Virus record (IMG/VR): IMGVR_UViG_3300023240_000010
Source of the DNA: a virus
DNA length: 64,000 nucleotides
Direction: 5' to 3' (one strand)
Below the pieces are notes generated by a model. The model saw nothing but the letters and a program-made list of their open reading frames with translations. It ran no database searches and was not told the origin of the DNA. The position numbers were made by a program, and so were the translations under genes. Position 1 is the stretch's first letter; each line of letters starts with the position of its first letter. This document shows positions 1 to 9,529 of this stretch, piece by piece.

Positions 1-27
1 GACCCTGTCTACTTTAGACGTTGCCAT
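1..27 (-). CDS. 5' end of a gene truncated by the window edge (MATSKVDRV...)
   Basis: ATG at 25-27 preceded by GGAG Shine-Dalgarno; frame open to the window edge. Confidence 0.5.
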
Positions 28-48
28 TTCTTTTTTTCTCCACGAAAA

Positions 49-477
49 TTAATTGATTTTAATTTTACGTGGACGCTTCTCTGCGGGCAATTCGACCTTT
101 AGATTAACTACAAGGATACCTTTGTCCAGAGTCGCTCCTACTACTTCAACATACTCGGAAAGTCGAAAAGTTCGTTGAAACTTTTTAGTGGAAATACCTT
201 TGTGTAGGTATTCAACAGGCGCATCCACACTTTGTTGATTGCCTGCTATGTTCAAAGTTCGCTCGTCCTGTTCAATGATAAGATCGTCCATCTCAAAACC
301 CGCGACTGCTACCTCTATCACATAATCAAACTCGTTGATTTTTACTACGTTATGTGGAGGGTAAGTGTCTTTGGCATTTCTCGTGACAAAATCTAATTCA
401 GCGAAGAGGTGGTCAAAACCCACAAATGATGCTCGTGGATATAGACTGGGTACTTTGATACTCGTTGTGTTCGTCAT
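49..477 (-). CDS. hsp20: Small heat-shock protein (Hsp20/IbpA-like)
   Basis: YPPHNVVK, AVAGF, YLHKGIS..F.R.F.L, GILVV and C-terminal IxI (PRKIKI) motifs; AAGGAG SD. Confidence 0.95.
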   Translation of the reverse strand: MTNTTSIKVPSLYPRASFVGFDHLFAELDFVTRNAKDTYPPHNVVKINEFDYVIEVAVAGFEMDDLIIEQDERTLNIAGNQQSVDAPVEYLHKGISTKKFQRTFRLSEYVEVVGATLDKGILVVNLKVELPAEKRPRKIKIN

Positions 478-535
478 AGTGCTTCTCCTTAATTAAAAGC
501 AAGATAAAAATGTAGACCGGACCATCCGCATCTAC
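478..535 (-). ncRNA. ROSE-like RNA thermometer in the hsp20 5' UTR
   Basis: UCUU(G)CUU pairs with SD AAGGAGA leaving a bulged G (UUGCU ROSE motif); upstream hairpin GUAGA..CGGA-UGG-UCCG..UCUAC. Confidence 0.7.
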
Positions 536-540
536 GCGCT

Positions 541-548
541 TATTTATA
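541..548 (-). promoter_or_regulatory. T4-type late promoter for hsp20
   Basis: Exact TATAAATA upstream of the hsp20 leader. Confidence 0.8.
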
Positions 549-680
549 CTAACAGTAACCCTGTTTCGTATAAAACTTGTACAGGTCAACATAGTATTGA
601 AACTGTATTGGACTGTGATCAGGATTAGGAAGTTCCCCGAAGAGTTCTTCCATCCTGTGTATATGTTCTTCTACTGTCAC
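549..680 (-). CDS. 43-aa hypothetical protein (MTVEEHIHRMEELFGELPNPDHSPIQFQYYVDLYKFYTKQGYC), below the ORF-track cutoff
   Basis: GTG overlaps the regA stop (GTGA); TAG abuts the late promoter; fills the intergenic gap exactly. Confidence 0.65.
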   Translation of the reverse strand: MTVEEHIHRMEELFGELPNPDHSPIQFQYYVDLYKFYTKQGYC

Positions 681-1081
681 TTGTTACCTATATTATACTT
701 GGGACATAACTCCCACTCACTCTTTTCTTTGTGAGAAATAATCTTAATCTGTCTTAGCGGTGCGCATTCAGCAACCATCTCTTTATCAACGATGCTTACT
801 AAACCCCAATCTGCTAACAACTGAGCAATACTATTTCTTCGTAGTAGATCCATCTCTTCTAAATTAGACTTCTTTCCGTCTAGTAGAAATAGTTCTTTAA
901 AGTGTACAATGAAGTATCTGCCTTGCTTGTGTAGAATGTGACAAGACTGAAACAGTTTATTTTCTTTACGTGAGGCAACACCCATTCGTGTCAGAGTCTC
1001 GCGTACTTTTAAGAAGTCATCGGGTTCTTGAAGAATAACTTCTAACATATCGGACGATGTCCATAATTTAATTCCTTCCAC
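677..1081 (-). CDS. regA: Translational repressor RegA
   Basis: PDDFLKVRETLTRMGVAS, QSCHILHKQGRYFIVHFKEL, WELCPKYNIG signature. Confidence 0.97.
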   Translation of the reverse strand: MEGIKLWTSSDMLEVILQEPDDFLKVRETLTRMGVASRKENKLFQSCHILHKQGRYFIVHFKELFLLDGKKSNLEEMDLLRRNSIAQLLADWGLVSIVDKEMVAECAPLRQIKIISHKEKSEWELCPKYNIGNK

Positions 1082-1445
1082 CTTTATAGATCCTTTTCTT
1101 AATACTTATTATTTGGTCGGGTGTGAGGAGTTTAAGAGCAGACTTTGCTTTCTCGTTGCTATAACCATAATACTCTTTAACTGCATCCACGTCATCAGAT
1201 TTGGTCGCTTTATCCCATTTAGAGAACCGCTTCCTCTTTCTAACTATATTTAGCAGAAAATGAAATTGCAGTTTCTTGTCTAAACTATGATGTTGATTCA
1301 TAGCATTAGCGACTGCAACAGTGTCTGGAAAGTAAGAAAGGGATCTATTTACCATATATGGAGCATAACCCTTCTCAGTCAGGTCATCTACCATCAGGTC
1401 TTTCTTAGTTAGATTAATCGCCATCACATAATCAAAAGGGTTCAT
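1068..1445 (-). CDS. gp62: Clamp loader small subunit gp62
   Basis: YAPYMVNRSLS..DT, RKRKRFSKW, VKEYYGYSNEKA; directly upstream of regA. Confidence 0.93.
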   Translation of the reverse strand: MNPFDYVMAINLTKKDLMVDDLTEKGYAPYMVNRSLSYFPDTVAVANAMNQHHSLDKKLQFHFLLNIVRKRKRFSKWDKATKSDDVDAVKEYYGYSNEKAKSALKLLTPDQIISIKKRIYKGGRN

Positions 1446-2049
1446 TGTAGAATACGCCTCTTAGCAACTGCTGTATTCTGAAAATGTCCATAGCGATATC
1501 GTGTGCAGGGTTGTGAGCAATGAAGTCGCCTTCATTAACACCCTTAGGTATGAATGAGTTGTTGATATTAATACCATGACCAATTGCAATACCTTCAATC
1601 ATAGTACGAGTATCACGAACATCCCAGAATCTGTAGGGTTCTGATACGCCTAGCATATTGCATATAGATGTAGTGAGAACAGGATCAAAAGTGTTGCCTC
1701 GCGTATAAACTGTTTGACCAGGTGTCATTGTTAAACGAAGAAACGTAGGCAGTTCTGTGATTGATACATCTGTTGACAGAGGTTTGAGTTGCGACATTGC
1801 CGCTTCTCCTTGCTTCTGCCACCACGCGAGTGTATTCTTATCTACAATACGTCCATACTTCTCGACCTGCTCTTTGACATCAAACTTCATTATCTTAGCA
1901 AGACCAACTAAGTCCATATAAGAGTATGGAGTATCAGAAAGAAACATATCTTCGTCAACTGTCATTGCCGCCACGTTCACTACAGGAGCGGTGTTCAAGT
2001 CAGTGCCTAATGTTTCATAATCATAAATATTAATCATTTTCAATACCAT
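1432..2049 (-). CDS. DEDDh 3'-5' exonuclease, DexA-like
   Basis: DYETLG, TLAWWQKQ, RGNTFD, RDTRT, HNPAHDIAMD motifs. Confidence 0.85.
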   Translation of the reverse strand: MVLKMINIYDYETLGTDLNTAPVVNVAAMTVDEDMFLSDTPYSYMDLVGLAKIMKFDVKEQVEKYGRIVDKNTLAWWQKQGEAAMSQLKPLSTDVSITELPTFLRLTMTPGQTVYTRGNTFDPVLTTSICNMLGVSEPYRFWDVRDTRTMIEGIAIGHGININNSFIPKGVNEGDFIAHNPAHDIAMDIFRIQQLLRGVFYNEPF

Positions 2050-2825
2050 CCATTATCATAATCTATTTTATATAACTTTTTCACTCTAGCATAATCACTA
2101 GGAGTCATATTTCTTGTAATCAGTTCACTCGGTTCTAGTATCTTATAATAATCCATATAAGAAACTTGCTGTCTATTCTGTTCTGTTGTGGTACAAATAT
2201 CTAATAGAATATCTTGAGTAGACCTATAGTCCGAGTTGTTCGAAATATTCTTATGAGTATACCATACTTTTCTATCATAGTCAATACCATAAAACGAAAG
2301 AATGTGTTTATACATCTCTTCAATATTATTTAAGTTATAGACATAATCATAATTACTACGCAAACCCATATACAAAGTCTGAGTCCAGAAATGCTGATTA
2401 AGAACTTTACCTGAATACAGATCATCAAGTAGTAGTTTCACGCTAGAATATGCATCATAATCTTTGTTGATCAGAGGTATATCTTCGGGTGATGCATAGT
2501 TGCTCTTTGCCTGTAATTGAAGCATTTCGACCGCAGACTTAAATCTCTCTATAGGATCTCGCGTGACCGCGAATCGTACACTATCATATCTAAAAGGAAC
2601 ATCAAATTGATTGCCATATTTCAGAACTTGAAGTTGTCGCCAAGACGATGCCCCTCCTCTCACATGCTGAAAGTCTATCTGTTCTTTTTGAAAAGGAATA
2701 TTAGGTGCCACGACTTTCATAACCTGATGAAAGAATCCCTTTAAAGACGAGAATCCGTTCTTTGGGCATATTCTTATATCAATACCTTCGGGCAGATATA
2801 ATATGTTATCCGGTGTAATTGCCAT
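2040..2825 (-). CDS. Sulfotransferase family protein (Sulfotransfer_2-like)
   Basis: PKNGFSSLK (5'-phosphosulfate loop-like), FAVTRDPIERFKSA (3'-phosphate binding-like), HFWTQ, LYKIDY. Confidence 0.75.
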   Translation of the reverse strand: MAITPDNILYLPEGIDIRICPKNGFSSLKGFFHQVMKVVAPNIPFQKEQIDFQHVRGGASSWRQLQVLKYGNQFDVPFRYDSVRFAVTRDPIERFKSAVEMLQLQAKSNYASPEDIPLINKDYDAYSSVKLLLDDLYSGKVLNQHFWTQTLYMGLRSNYDYVYNLNNIEEMYKHILSFYGIDYDRKVWYTHKNISNNSDYRSTQDILLDICTTTEQNRQQVSYMDYYKILEPSELITRNMTPSDYARVKKLYKIDYDNGWY

Positions 2826-3763
2826 TAATTCATCTTCACGTTTGCCATAACCTCAGTCATACAAGCAACAATGTTTAACTCATGGTCTGCGACAAAGGCA
2901 TTCTTATACTGATAATCAGCAAGAATTAACACTAACTGCGGAATAGAATCTGGGTCGACCTTATCAAACATCTTATCATATAACGAACGAAAGATAGATG
3001 ATGCATCAACATCAATGTTATTGACGACCCAAGAGCGCATCTTCTTAAAGTCTTTTGTTTTTAGATGTTCGTATAGTTGATCAATCTGACTATCAGTACT
3101 ACAATCAATAGCAATAGACTCTAATTGACCACCCATCGAGAAGCGTTGACACTCATTGATTACTCGTCTCCAATCAGGAGCATGTTTCATAATCATGTTA
3201 GCAATAAGTTTATCGTTATATGTAACACCTTCAGTATCAAGAATTGTCTTGAGTCGTTCCATGAACTGACCACACAATTGACCCATGTCTTTCTTAGATG
3301 TATTGAATTCATATACACCACAGCGAGAATGGATAGGTTCGATGATACGGTTCTTAAAGTTACAAGTTAAGATAAATCTACAGTTGTCAGCGAACTCTTC
3401 GATGAAACCGCGTAGTGCGGGTTGAGTTGATTGCGCATTAAGATAATCTGCCTCATCTAGGATAACAACTTTAACGTCACCGCCAAGAGATACCGAAGAT
3501 GCAAATCTTCTAATCTTACCACGAAGTGTGTCGATGTTACCGTCTTCAGAACAGTTGACCACAATACAATCATAGTCAAGTTCTTTACATAGTGCCTTTG
3601 CTACAGTTGTTTTACCAAGACCAGCAGTACCAGTAAAAAGCATATTGGGCATCTCGCCGCCTTCTACGATTTTAAGGAATACATCTTTCAGTGATTTAGG
3701 AAGAATGGTGTCTTTAATTGTTTGTGGGCGATATCGCTCGGTCCAGATGAATTGGTCACTCAT
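2825..3763 (-). CDS. gp44: Clamp loader large subunit gp44 (AAA+)
   Basis: WTERYRP, Walker A GTAGLGKTT, ILDEAD, SRC; start placed at MSDQ. Confidence 0.96.
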   Translation of the reverse strand: MSDQFIWTERYRPQTIKDTILPKSLKDVFLKIVEGGEMPNMLFTGTAGLGKTTVAKALCKELDYDCIVVNCSEDGNIDTLRGKIRRFASSVSLGGDVKVVILDEADYLNAQSTQPALRGFIEEFADNCRFILTCNFKNRIIEPIHSRCGVYEFNTSKKDMGQLCGQFMERLKTILDTEGVTYNDKLIANMIMKHAPDWRRVINECQRFSMGGQLESIAIDCSTDSQIDQLYEHLKTKDFKKMRSWVVNNIDVDASSIFRSLYDKMFDKVDPDSIPQLVLILADYQYKNAFVADHELNIVACMTEVMANVKMN

Positions 3764-3801
3764 AATATTTGTATCTCTCAAAAGTTAAAATTGTATAATA
3801 T

Positions 3802-3847
3802 AAAAAAATGTCTTGTCTACTATACGTAATTATACAGCAGACAAGAC
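3802..3847 (-). terminator. Intrinsic terminator after the FkbM-like gene
   Basis: 15-bp stem GTCTTGTCTGCTGTA/TATAGTAGACAAGAC (two G-U pairs) followed by A-T7. Confidence 0.7.
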
Positions 3848-3857
3848 CAAAAGTCAA
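3829..3857 (-). promoter_or_regulatory. Sigma70-type promoter for gp44
   Basis: TTGACT-17 nt-TATAAT. Confidence 0.75.
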
Positions 3858-4699
3858 GCATTTAATTTCTTAAAATAAAAATCGCCCCAGTTCGGATTAT
3901 AAGGCGGTATTTCTGCCGGCGGAATCTCGGAGTATCTTCGAAACTCTCTTGGATGATTATCTTTAAACTCGGATAGTATAAAGTCACCAGATTTCCAGAA
4001 TACATCATCAGAATGATCCGGTGACGTAAAGAATACAAGTTCTTCAGATAATGGATACACGTACTTATCCATTGCATAACCTATCACACTATAATCTAAT
4101 GTAAGTAATAGTGCAACTACTTCATTGTGCCTATTCGATATTTCAATCTTTATTACTGGATCGTTATTACTTAATAACTCTTTTGCTCCCTGCAATAAAT
4201 TATATTCACATCCTTCAACATCAATCTTTATATAAGAAACATTGACAAAGTTAAATGAGTCTAATGTTCTAGTAACTACTGTAGTACTGCCGATCAGTTT
4301 ACGATCTTCATTAACGACAGGAGGAACAAAGTCAAGATGATTTGTTCTTCCGTTTCCTTTATATACAACAAGAGATGCTGTAGCATTCTCGTCGCTTAAT
4401 GCTAGTCGATGTGTGATAATATTATCATGATGCTTTAAATTTTCTCTAAGGCAAACATAATCTTCACCAGGTTCAAAGGAATGTATTTCTCCGAAGTCCT
4501 TTACATATGAAACTGATTCAATACCAGTACTAGCACCGCAATCCAAATAAACTTTATCGGGTCCGTAAATATCACCAAGATTCAGAGAATCAATAACAAT
4601 TCTTGATTTTCCAAATGACGAAGTGATATTACGATGACCTTTGTCATTACCTCTAGTGAAGTAATCATGACCGAGAATATTCGCGATAGGCGTCAGCAC
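3854..4699 (-). CDS. FkbM-family SAM-dependent methyltransferase
   Basis: YLDCGASTG, IHSFEP, ALSD, TLDSF, IKIDVEGCEYNLLQGA. Confidence 0.9.
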   Translation of the reverse strand: MLTPIANILGHDYFTRGNDKGHRNITSSFGKSRIVIDSLNLGDIYGPDKVYLDCGASTGIESVSYVKDFGEIHSFEPGEDYVCLRENLKHHDNIITHRLALSDENATASLVVYKGNGRTNHLDFVPPVVNEDRKLIGSTTVVTRTLDSFNFVNVSYIKIDVEGCEYNLLQGAKELLSNNDPVIKIEISNRHNEVVALLLTLDYSVIGYAMDKYVYPLSEELVFFTSPDHSDDVFWKSGDFILSEFKDNHPREFRRYSEIPPAEIPPYNPNWGDFYFKKLNA

Positions 4700-4703
4700 A
4701 AAA

Positions 4704-4895
4704 TCATTCTACCGCTTGTGCCTGAGCGTCTTCAACAATCTGTATCAATGCAATACACTGATCGCGTAACTGTCCAATAGTTGCTAGTTCTTCACCTTTA
4801 AAACCACCTCGTGCCGCAACTGTGTCGATTACTGCAACAGTTGATCGGGTGATACGATTAGCGAGGTCTGTCATTTCGTTAGTTGTTTTAATCAT
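4704..4895 (-). CDS. Small hypothetical protein
   Basis: 63-aa ORF tightly packed after gp45. Confidence 0.7.
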   Translation of the reverse strand: MIKTTNEMTDLANRITRSTVAVIDTVAARGGFKGEELATIGQLRDQCIALIQIVEDAQAQAVE

Positions 4896-4897
4896 TA

Positions 4898-5572
4898 CTA
4901 TACTCCGTAAGTACTAGATTTTTCAAGGGCACACCAGTATTCGATGCCATTATCTTTGTTCACAAAATGTGAGATTAGTTTCTTAGAGATACCAACTTCA
5001 TAATCACCATCAATCATTTTTAGATTAGAGATGTTAAAGATAAAGTTGAACTTCTCTTCAGCAAATACTCCATCAACATCAATAGAATATACGTTTGATG
5101 TACGATCATTGTTATCGATCACAGACAATGATACAACACCATCAGTTGCGGTCACTGACATTTCAGTATGACCAAGAACAGATGCCGCACGTTTGATACT
5201 TGATAGCGTAGCACTATCTAGTGTAAACTTAACTTCGGTCTCAGGCATAATAATGTCCTTCGAAGGAGTAGTTAGCATCTCAATGTCAGAGTAGAAGTAC
5301 TTGATACGTGAGCGACCAGCACTATCTGTTACGAGAACATATGAGTCTTCGAACTTGAGTCGAGGAGAGTCTACCAGAGATAGAACACTCAGAAACTCAC
5401 TGAGTTCATAGATGCCAAATGTCTTGGGGAATGTCACATCTAGTTCAACAGAACTTAGGACATTCTTTGCTTCTGATACAGTCTTGATTACATTGCCTTC
5501 AGTGATCACAATGTTTGGGTTGATAGTAGCATAGTTCTTGAGAACTTGCATTGTCTTTTCAGTTAATTCCAT
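4898..5572 (-). CDS. gp45: Sliding clamp gp45
   Basis: T..VLKNYATIN, FGIYELSEFLS, N-L-K-M...DY.V, YWCALE; between gp46 and gp44. Confidence 0.95.
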   Translation of the reverse strand: MELTEKTMQVLKNYATINPNIVITEGNVIKTVSEAKNVLSSVELDVTFPKTFGIYELSEFLSVLSLVDSPRLKFEDSYVLVTDSAGRSRIKYFYSDIEMLTTPSKDIIMPETEVKFTLDSATLSSIKRAASVLGHTEMSVTATDGVVSLSVIDNNDRTSNVYSIDVDGVFAEEKFNFIFNISNLKMIDGDYEVGISKKLISHFVNKDNGIEYWCALEKSSTYGV

Positions 5573-5603
5573 AATATATCTCAGTTGGTTTGTTTATGGG
5601 TGT

Positions 5604-5632
5604 ATTATAACATAGAACTTTAGGGATGTCAA
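5604..5632 (-). promoter_or_regulatory. Sigma70-type promoter for gp45
   Basis: TTGACA-17 nt-TATAAT with TGn extended -10. Confidence 0.85.
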
Positions 5633-7335
5633 GCGACTTTACTAAAGTTTTTCTCTTTAATGAATTCAATCTTTGAATCAAAGTATTGCTCCAGGATTGC
5701 TCCTTTATGACTGATAACAAAGATGCTAGAATCACCATCCATACTATCAATTATCTTAGTTAGGTTATCCACACCATCAGCATCAAGAGACGAATCGAAA
5801 GTTTCATCTAGTATCAACAGATTAGTGGCAACACTGTTCTTCATCTTAGCGATCATACGCCAGGTAAATAGTAACGCCAGATCGATGCGTTGCTTCTCGC
5901 CCTCAGAGAAAGAATCATACGAGAACGAATCACGGTGACGCGAACGAATAGTTTCTTTGAAAGTGTCATCTAGGTCAAACGAGACATAGAAGTCCAGAAT
6001 CTGGAGATACTGATTCGTTAGTTTATTAATGACAGGCAAGTACTGCTTAATGATTTTGGTTTTAATACCAGTATCTTTCAACAGTTCTGCTATAACAACA
6101 CCGTATGATCCTTCATCAGCAATCACAATATGCTCATCATGTAGAACTTGCTTACTCGCTTCGAGTTCTGCTTTTGCCTCTAATGCTTCATCAATACTTG
6201 CTGTCTCTTCATCAATCTTAATAAGATCATTCTGAAGAACTGACATACGTTTCTGCCACTCGTTCACTTGAGCATTACTGATATGTACATCATTAATGGC
6301 AGAGACTAGTTGCCTGCTATGTGTCTCTACACTTCCACGTCTATCGTCGAGTTCGTTGATTTTGGTGGACGCTTGGGTTCTACCTTCTTCGAGTTCTTCT
6401 CCCTTAGTTCGTGCGTGTGCTGTTTTTGTTGATTTAAGGGATTCTTCGATGTCCTGGTCACAGGTTGGACAGATGTCATTACTTTCATAGAATTTAATTT
6501 CCTTTGCAAGTTCTTTCTGTTTAACCTGAAACTGATGGTCGTACTTCTCGAACTCTACTCTCTGCTTGTTTATCTTAGCAAGTTGCGACTTTACCATTGC
6601 AAGTTCATGCTCAAGATCAGCAGTATTAGTTGCTATACGTTCATCAATCTTCTCGCCCAACTCAGTAATCTCTACCTGCTTCTTCTCTTTCTGTTCGGAA
6701 CTAAGTAGACGAAGTGTGTTTACATATCGTTCTTGGTTCTTAATCTTATCACGAATCAACTCTAACTGAACTTGATTAGTCCGACCCTTCTCACGTAGCA
6801 CAGACATACGCTCTTTAAGAATACCATTCATCTTAGAGAATACGTTAATGTCAAGTAGGTCTTCGATCACATCTCGTCTATGTTGAGCAGGGAGTTGCAT
6901 GAATGGAACAAATGAAGATGATCCAAGAACAACTATCTGGTGAAACGATTTGTGATTCAACTTCAGAATATTCTTCTCAAGTACTGATTGATACTCCTTG
7001 TTGTGACTGTCCTGATTGACCAGAACATTATCTTTCCATATCTCGAAAGTATTAGGTTTAATACCACGATGAATCTTATACTCACTTACACCAACAGAGA
7101 ACTCTACTTCAACTTCAGTTCCTTTATTGTTGATAGAATTGATCAACTGATTCTTCGTGATACTCCGATGTGCCTTACCGAACAGTGCGAATGACAGAGC
7201 ATCCAACATCGTAGACTTACCTGCACCGTTCTGACCTACTACAAGAGTAGACCTAGAACGATTCAGTTGGATCTCAGTGAAACTATCACCGGTCGATAAG
7301 AAATTCTTATATCTTAATGTTTTAAAAATAATCAT
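5629..7335 (-). CDS. gp46: Recombination ATPase gp46 (Rad50/SbcC-like)
   Basis: GQNGAGKST Walker A, CPTC zinc hook, FSEGEKQRIDLA signature, LILDE. Confidence 0.97.
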   Translation of the reverse strand: MIIFKTLRYKNFLSTGDSFTEIQLNRSRSTLVVGQNGAGKSTMLDALSFALFGKAHRSITKNQLINSINNKGTEVEVEFSVGVSEYKIHRGIKPNTFEIWKDNVLVNQDSHNKEYQSVLEKNILKLNHKSFHQIVVLGSSSFVPFMQLPAQHRRDVIEDLLDINVFSKMNGILKERMSVLREKGRTNQVQLELIRDKIKNQERYVNTLRLLSSEQKEKKQVEITELGEKIDERIATNTADLEHELAMVKSQLAKINKQRVEFEKYDHQFQVKQKELAKEIKFYESNDICPTCDQDIEESLKSTKTAHARTKGEELEEGRTQASTKINELDDRRGSVETHSRQLVSAINDVHISNAQVNEWQKRMSVLQNDLIKIDEETASIDEALEAKAELEASKQVLHDEHIVIADEGSYGVVIAELLKDTGIKTKIIKQYLPVINKLTNQYLQILDFYVSFDLDDTFKETIRSRHRDSFSYDSFSEGEKQRIDLALLFTWRMIAKMKNSVATNLLILDETFDSSLDADGVDNLTKIIDSMDGDSSIFVISHKGAILEQYFDSKIEFIKEKNFSKVA

Positions 7336-8405
7336 ACGATATCTAAGGTCTGTGCCTCAATCATTAATTGGTGAACTTCACTCTTGATCCGGTCTTTGTC
7401 TAAGACTGTATCTACAGCGTCTATGTAAGTATACAACAAATCCTCGGTAGAGTCAACATTTATTTTATCATCATCAACATCATTACCCATAAACTCTGAA
7501 AAGTTCTCTGCAATCTTCAGTTCATGTATCTGTTTCATCTGCAAACGATCCACAAACTTCTCGAACAATTTAGGTTTAGATTTGTTCACTACAACTAACT
7601 TAACATACTTATGGTCTACGTCAGGTAGTTCACCAATGCCATACTTGTAGTCTGCTTTCTCTACTGTATCATCATAGTATACACGTTCAAAGATACGTAG
7701 TGGATTATGTACAGGTGTCAGTTCACGAGTGTCTGTGTCCAGGACATGAAAGTACTTAGGATCATGCGCATCAGACCAGAAGAACTCGTACTGTGACCCA
7801 AGATAATGAATCGGTCCTTGCTGTGACTTAGTATGAAAATGACCAGATAGAACCATTTCGAATCTATCGAACGTCGATGATTTCATACCATGTACACAAG
7901 GAATGCCCGCTTGCATCTCAAACCCTTCTAACTCCAAGTGCGCACCTACATGAGATGCTTTACACGTAGCAAGAAACTCCATCGTGTGCTTTTCGTTATC
8001 TTGGTTTATCCACGGAACAAGTGCAAAATCAAGACCATCATAATTAACAACAGTAGGTTTTTCGATGATACGAACCTCTGCCATATAATGTCCGAGTAGT
8101 TCTTTTAGAGCATTCAGTTGATTCGTGTTCTTGTAGTACACATCGTGATTGCCAGGAATAATGTCCATGTGTATTTTATACTCACGGAGTTTCTCTAGGA
8201 ATATCTTACGATTGTGTTCTAGTGCCTTAAAGTTAATGGTCTTTCTGTTCTCATAATAATCACCAAGATGCACAATCTTAGTAATCCCGTTCTCTTTCAG
8301 ATATGGAAAGAACACATCACGATAGAATCTCTCTTGATAGTCCATAAAGACTTCAGAAGAATTTCGTACACCGCAATGCGTATCATTTAGGAAAGCAATC
8401 TTCAA
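7332..8405 (-). CDS. gp47: Recombination nuclease gp47 (Mre11/SbcD-like)
   Basis: DTHCG, HLGD, GNHD, SGHFH metallophosphoesterase motifs. Confidence 0.97.
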   Translation of the reverse strand: MKIAFLNDTHCGVRNSSEVFMDYQERFYRDVFFPYLKENGITKIVHLGDYYENRKTINFKALEHNRKIFLEKLREYKIHMDIIPGNHDVYYKNTNQLNALKELLGHYMAEVRIIEKPTVVNYDGLDFALVPWINQDNEKHTMEFLATCKASHVGAHLELEGFEMQAGIPCVHGMKSSTFDRFEMVLSGHFHTKSQQGPIHYLGSQYEFFWSDAHDPKYFHVLDTDTRELTPVHNPLRIFERVYYDDTVEKADYKYGIGELPDVDHKYVKLVVVNKSKPKLFEKFVDRLQMKQIHELKIAENFSEFMGNDVDDDKINVDSTEDLLYTYIDAVDTVLDKDRIKSEVHQLMIEAQTLDIV

Positions 8406-8408
8406 ACT

Positions 8409-9020
8409 CTAGTCCTCAAAATGATCTGATAAGTCCGAATCAACAGAGCGACTTCGACGTTTGCGCTTATTGTCTTTGGCATACTCTTTAATGAGTCTAT
8501 CATTGGACTTAACATAGTCGATTCTACCACGCAATTCTTCGACAAATGCTTGGGTCTGCTGTTGTACTCCAGCGTCAAGCAATTCACTACTCACCATCTC
8601 TGACAAACCACTCTCTGACAGATAGCGAATCTTGATGTCTTGTTGCTTCTTCTCTTTCTCAATACGACGAAGAAATGCATACCAACTAATCTGTGTGAAG
8701 TATGCGAATGCATTAGGTTTACCAGTTCGTGTAGCAGTCTCCAGATTGTAGTTTTCAATTGCTTTGAGGCAGTTTTCTACAGCATCCATTACCATTTCTT
8801 CGCGATACGTATATCGGACGAAGTTAGATTTGTGTGATAGTCCTTCACATATCTTTAAAAAGCATTCCGCAATGTAGTTAGTGACGATTGGCGGTACTTC
8901 GCCTCTCGCTACTGCGGCATTCTTAGATGCAACATAGTCTACTACCGACTGTGAGAACAGAGCATTATTAACGTAATGTGGTTTCTCTTTCGGTTTTAGT
9001 TTCTTTGTTGGTTCTTTCAT
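8409..9020 (-). CDS. gp55: Late-transcription sigma factor gp55
   Basis: HYVNN, EEMVMDAVENCL, NAFAYFTQI..YAFLRRIEKEKKQ. Confidence 0.96.
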   Translation of the reverse strand: MKEPTKKLKPKEKPHYVNNALFSQSVVDYVASKNAAVARGEVPPIVTNYIAECFLKICEGLSHKSNFVRYTYREEMVMDAVENCLKAIENYNLETATRTGKPNAFAYFTQISWYAFLRRIEKEKKQQDIKIRYLSESGLSEMVSSELLDAGVQQQTQAFVEELRGRIDYVKSNDRLIKEYAKDNKRKRRSRSVDSDLSDHFED

Positions 9021-9038
9021 TATCTTTGCTTACTCGGG

Positions 9039-9497
9039 TTAGTTGTGGATTGGTATGTTCTTGTTAGGACCATTATACACTGCTTCGTTTTGATTGTCAA
9101 CCACTCTCTGTCTTAAATCAGAAGAAGAGAATCTATGGGATCTTTCATTGAAGTAGATGTGCATACCGCGCTTGCGACAGAGGTCTCTGCCAGTGAACTC
9201 TTTGTCTTTGTACTCTTCGCCAAGTATACGCACATCTATATCGTACATAGAAAGAATGTCAAGAAGGTCACGCTCGGTGCTGTAGGGAACAATCTCGTCA
9301 ACATACGAACACGCTTGAAGTTGCGTGTAGCGTTCAACGATGGTTTGGATGGGTGCGTTCTTTTCGGGGCGATCTAGTTGAGGGTCAACTTGAAGTCCTA
9401 CTATAAGATATTCACATTGTTCTTTTGCGTTGCGGAGCATCTGTACGTGACCAGCATGTAGCAGATCGAATGCCGAGCAAGTGAAACCAATTTTCAT
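9039..9497 (-). CDS. Cytidylyltransferase, glycerol-3-phosphate CT (TagD)-like
   Basis: FDLLHAGH (HxGH), LIVGLQ, VDEIVPY, RSHRFSSS. Confidence 0.9.
   Translation of the reverse strand: MKIGFTCSAFDLLHAGHVQMLRNAKEQCEYLIVGLQVDPQLDRPEKNAPIQTIVERYTQLQACSYVDEIVPYSTERDLLDILSMYDIDVRILGEEYKDKEFTGRDLCRKRGMHIYFNERSHRFSSSDLRQRVVDNQNEAVYNGPNKNIPIHN
9072..9100 (-). promoter_or_regulatory. Sigma70-type promoter for gp55
   Basis: TTGACA-17 nt-TATAAT inside the 3' end of the cytidylyltransferase gene. Confidence 0.8.
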
Positions 9498-9529
9498 TAT
9501 ATAATGCCATTTCGTTTAATATAGAGTCC

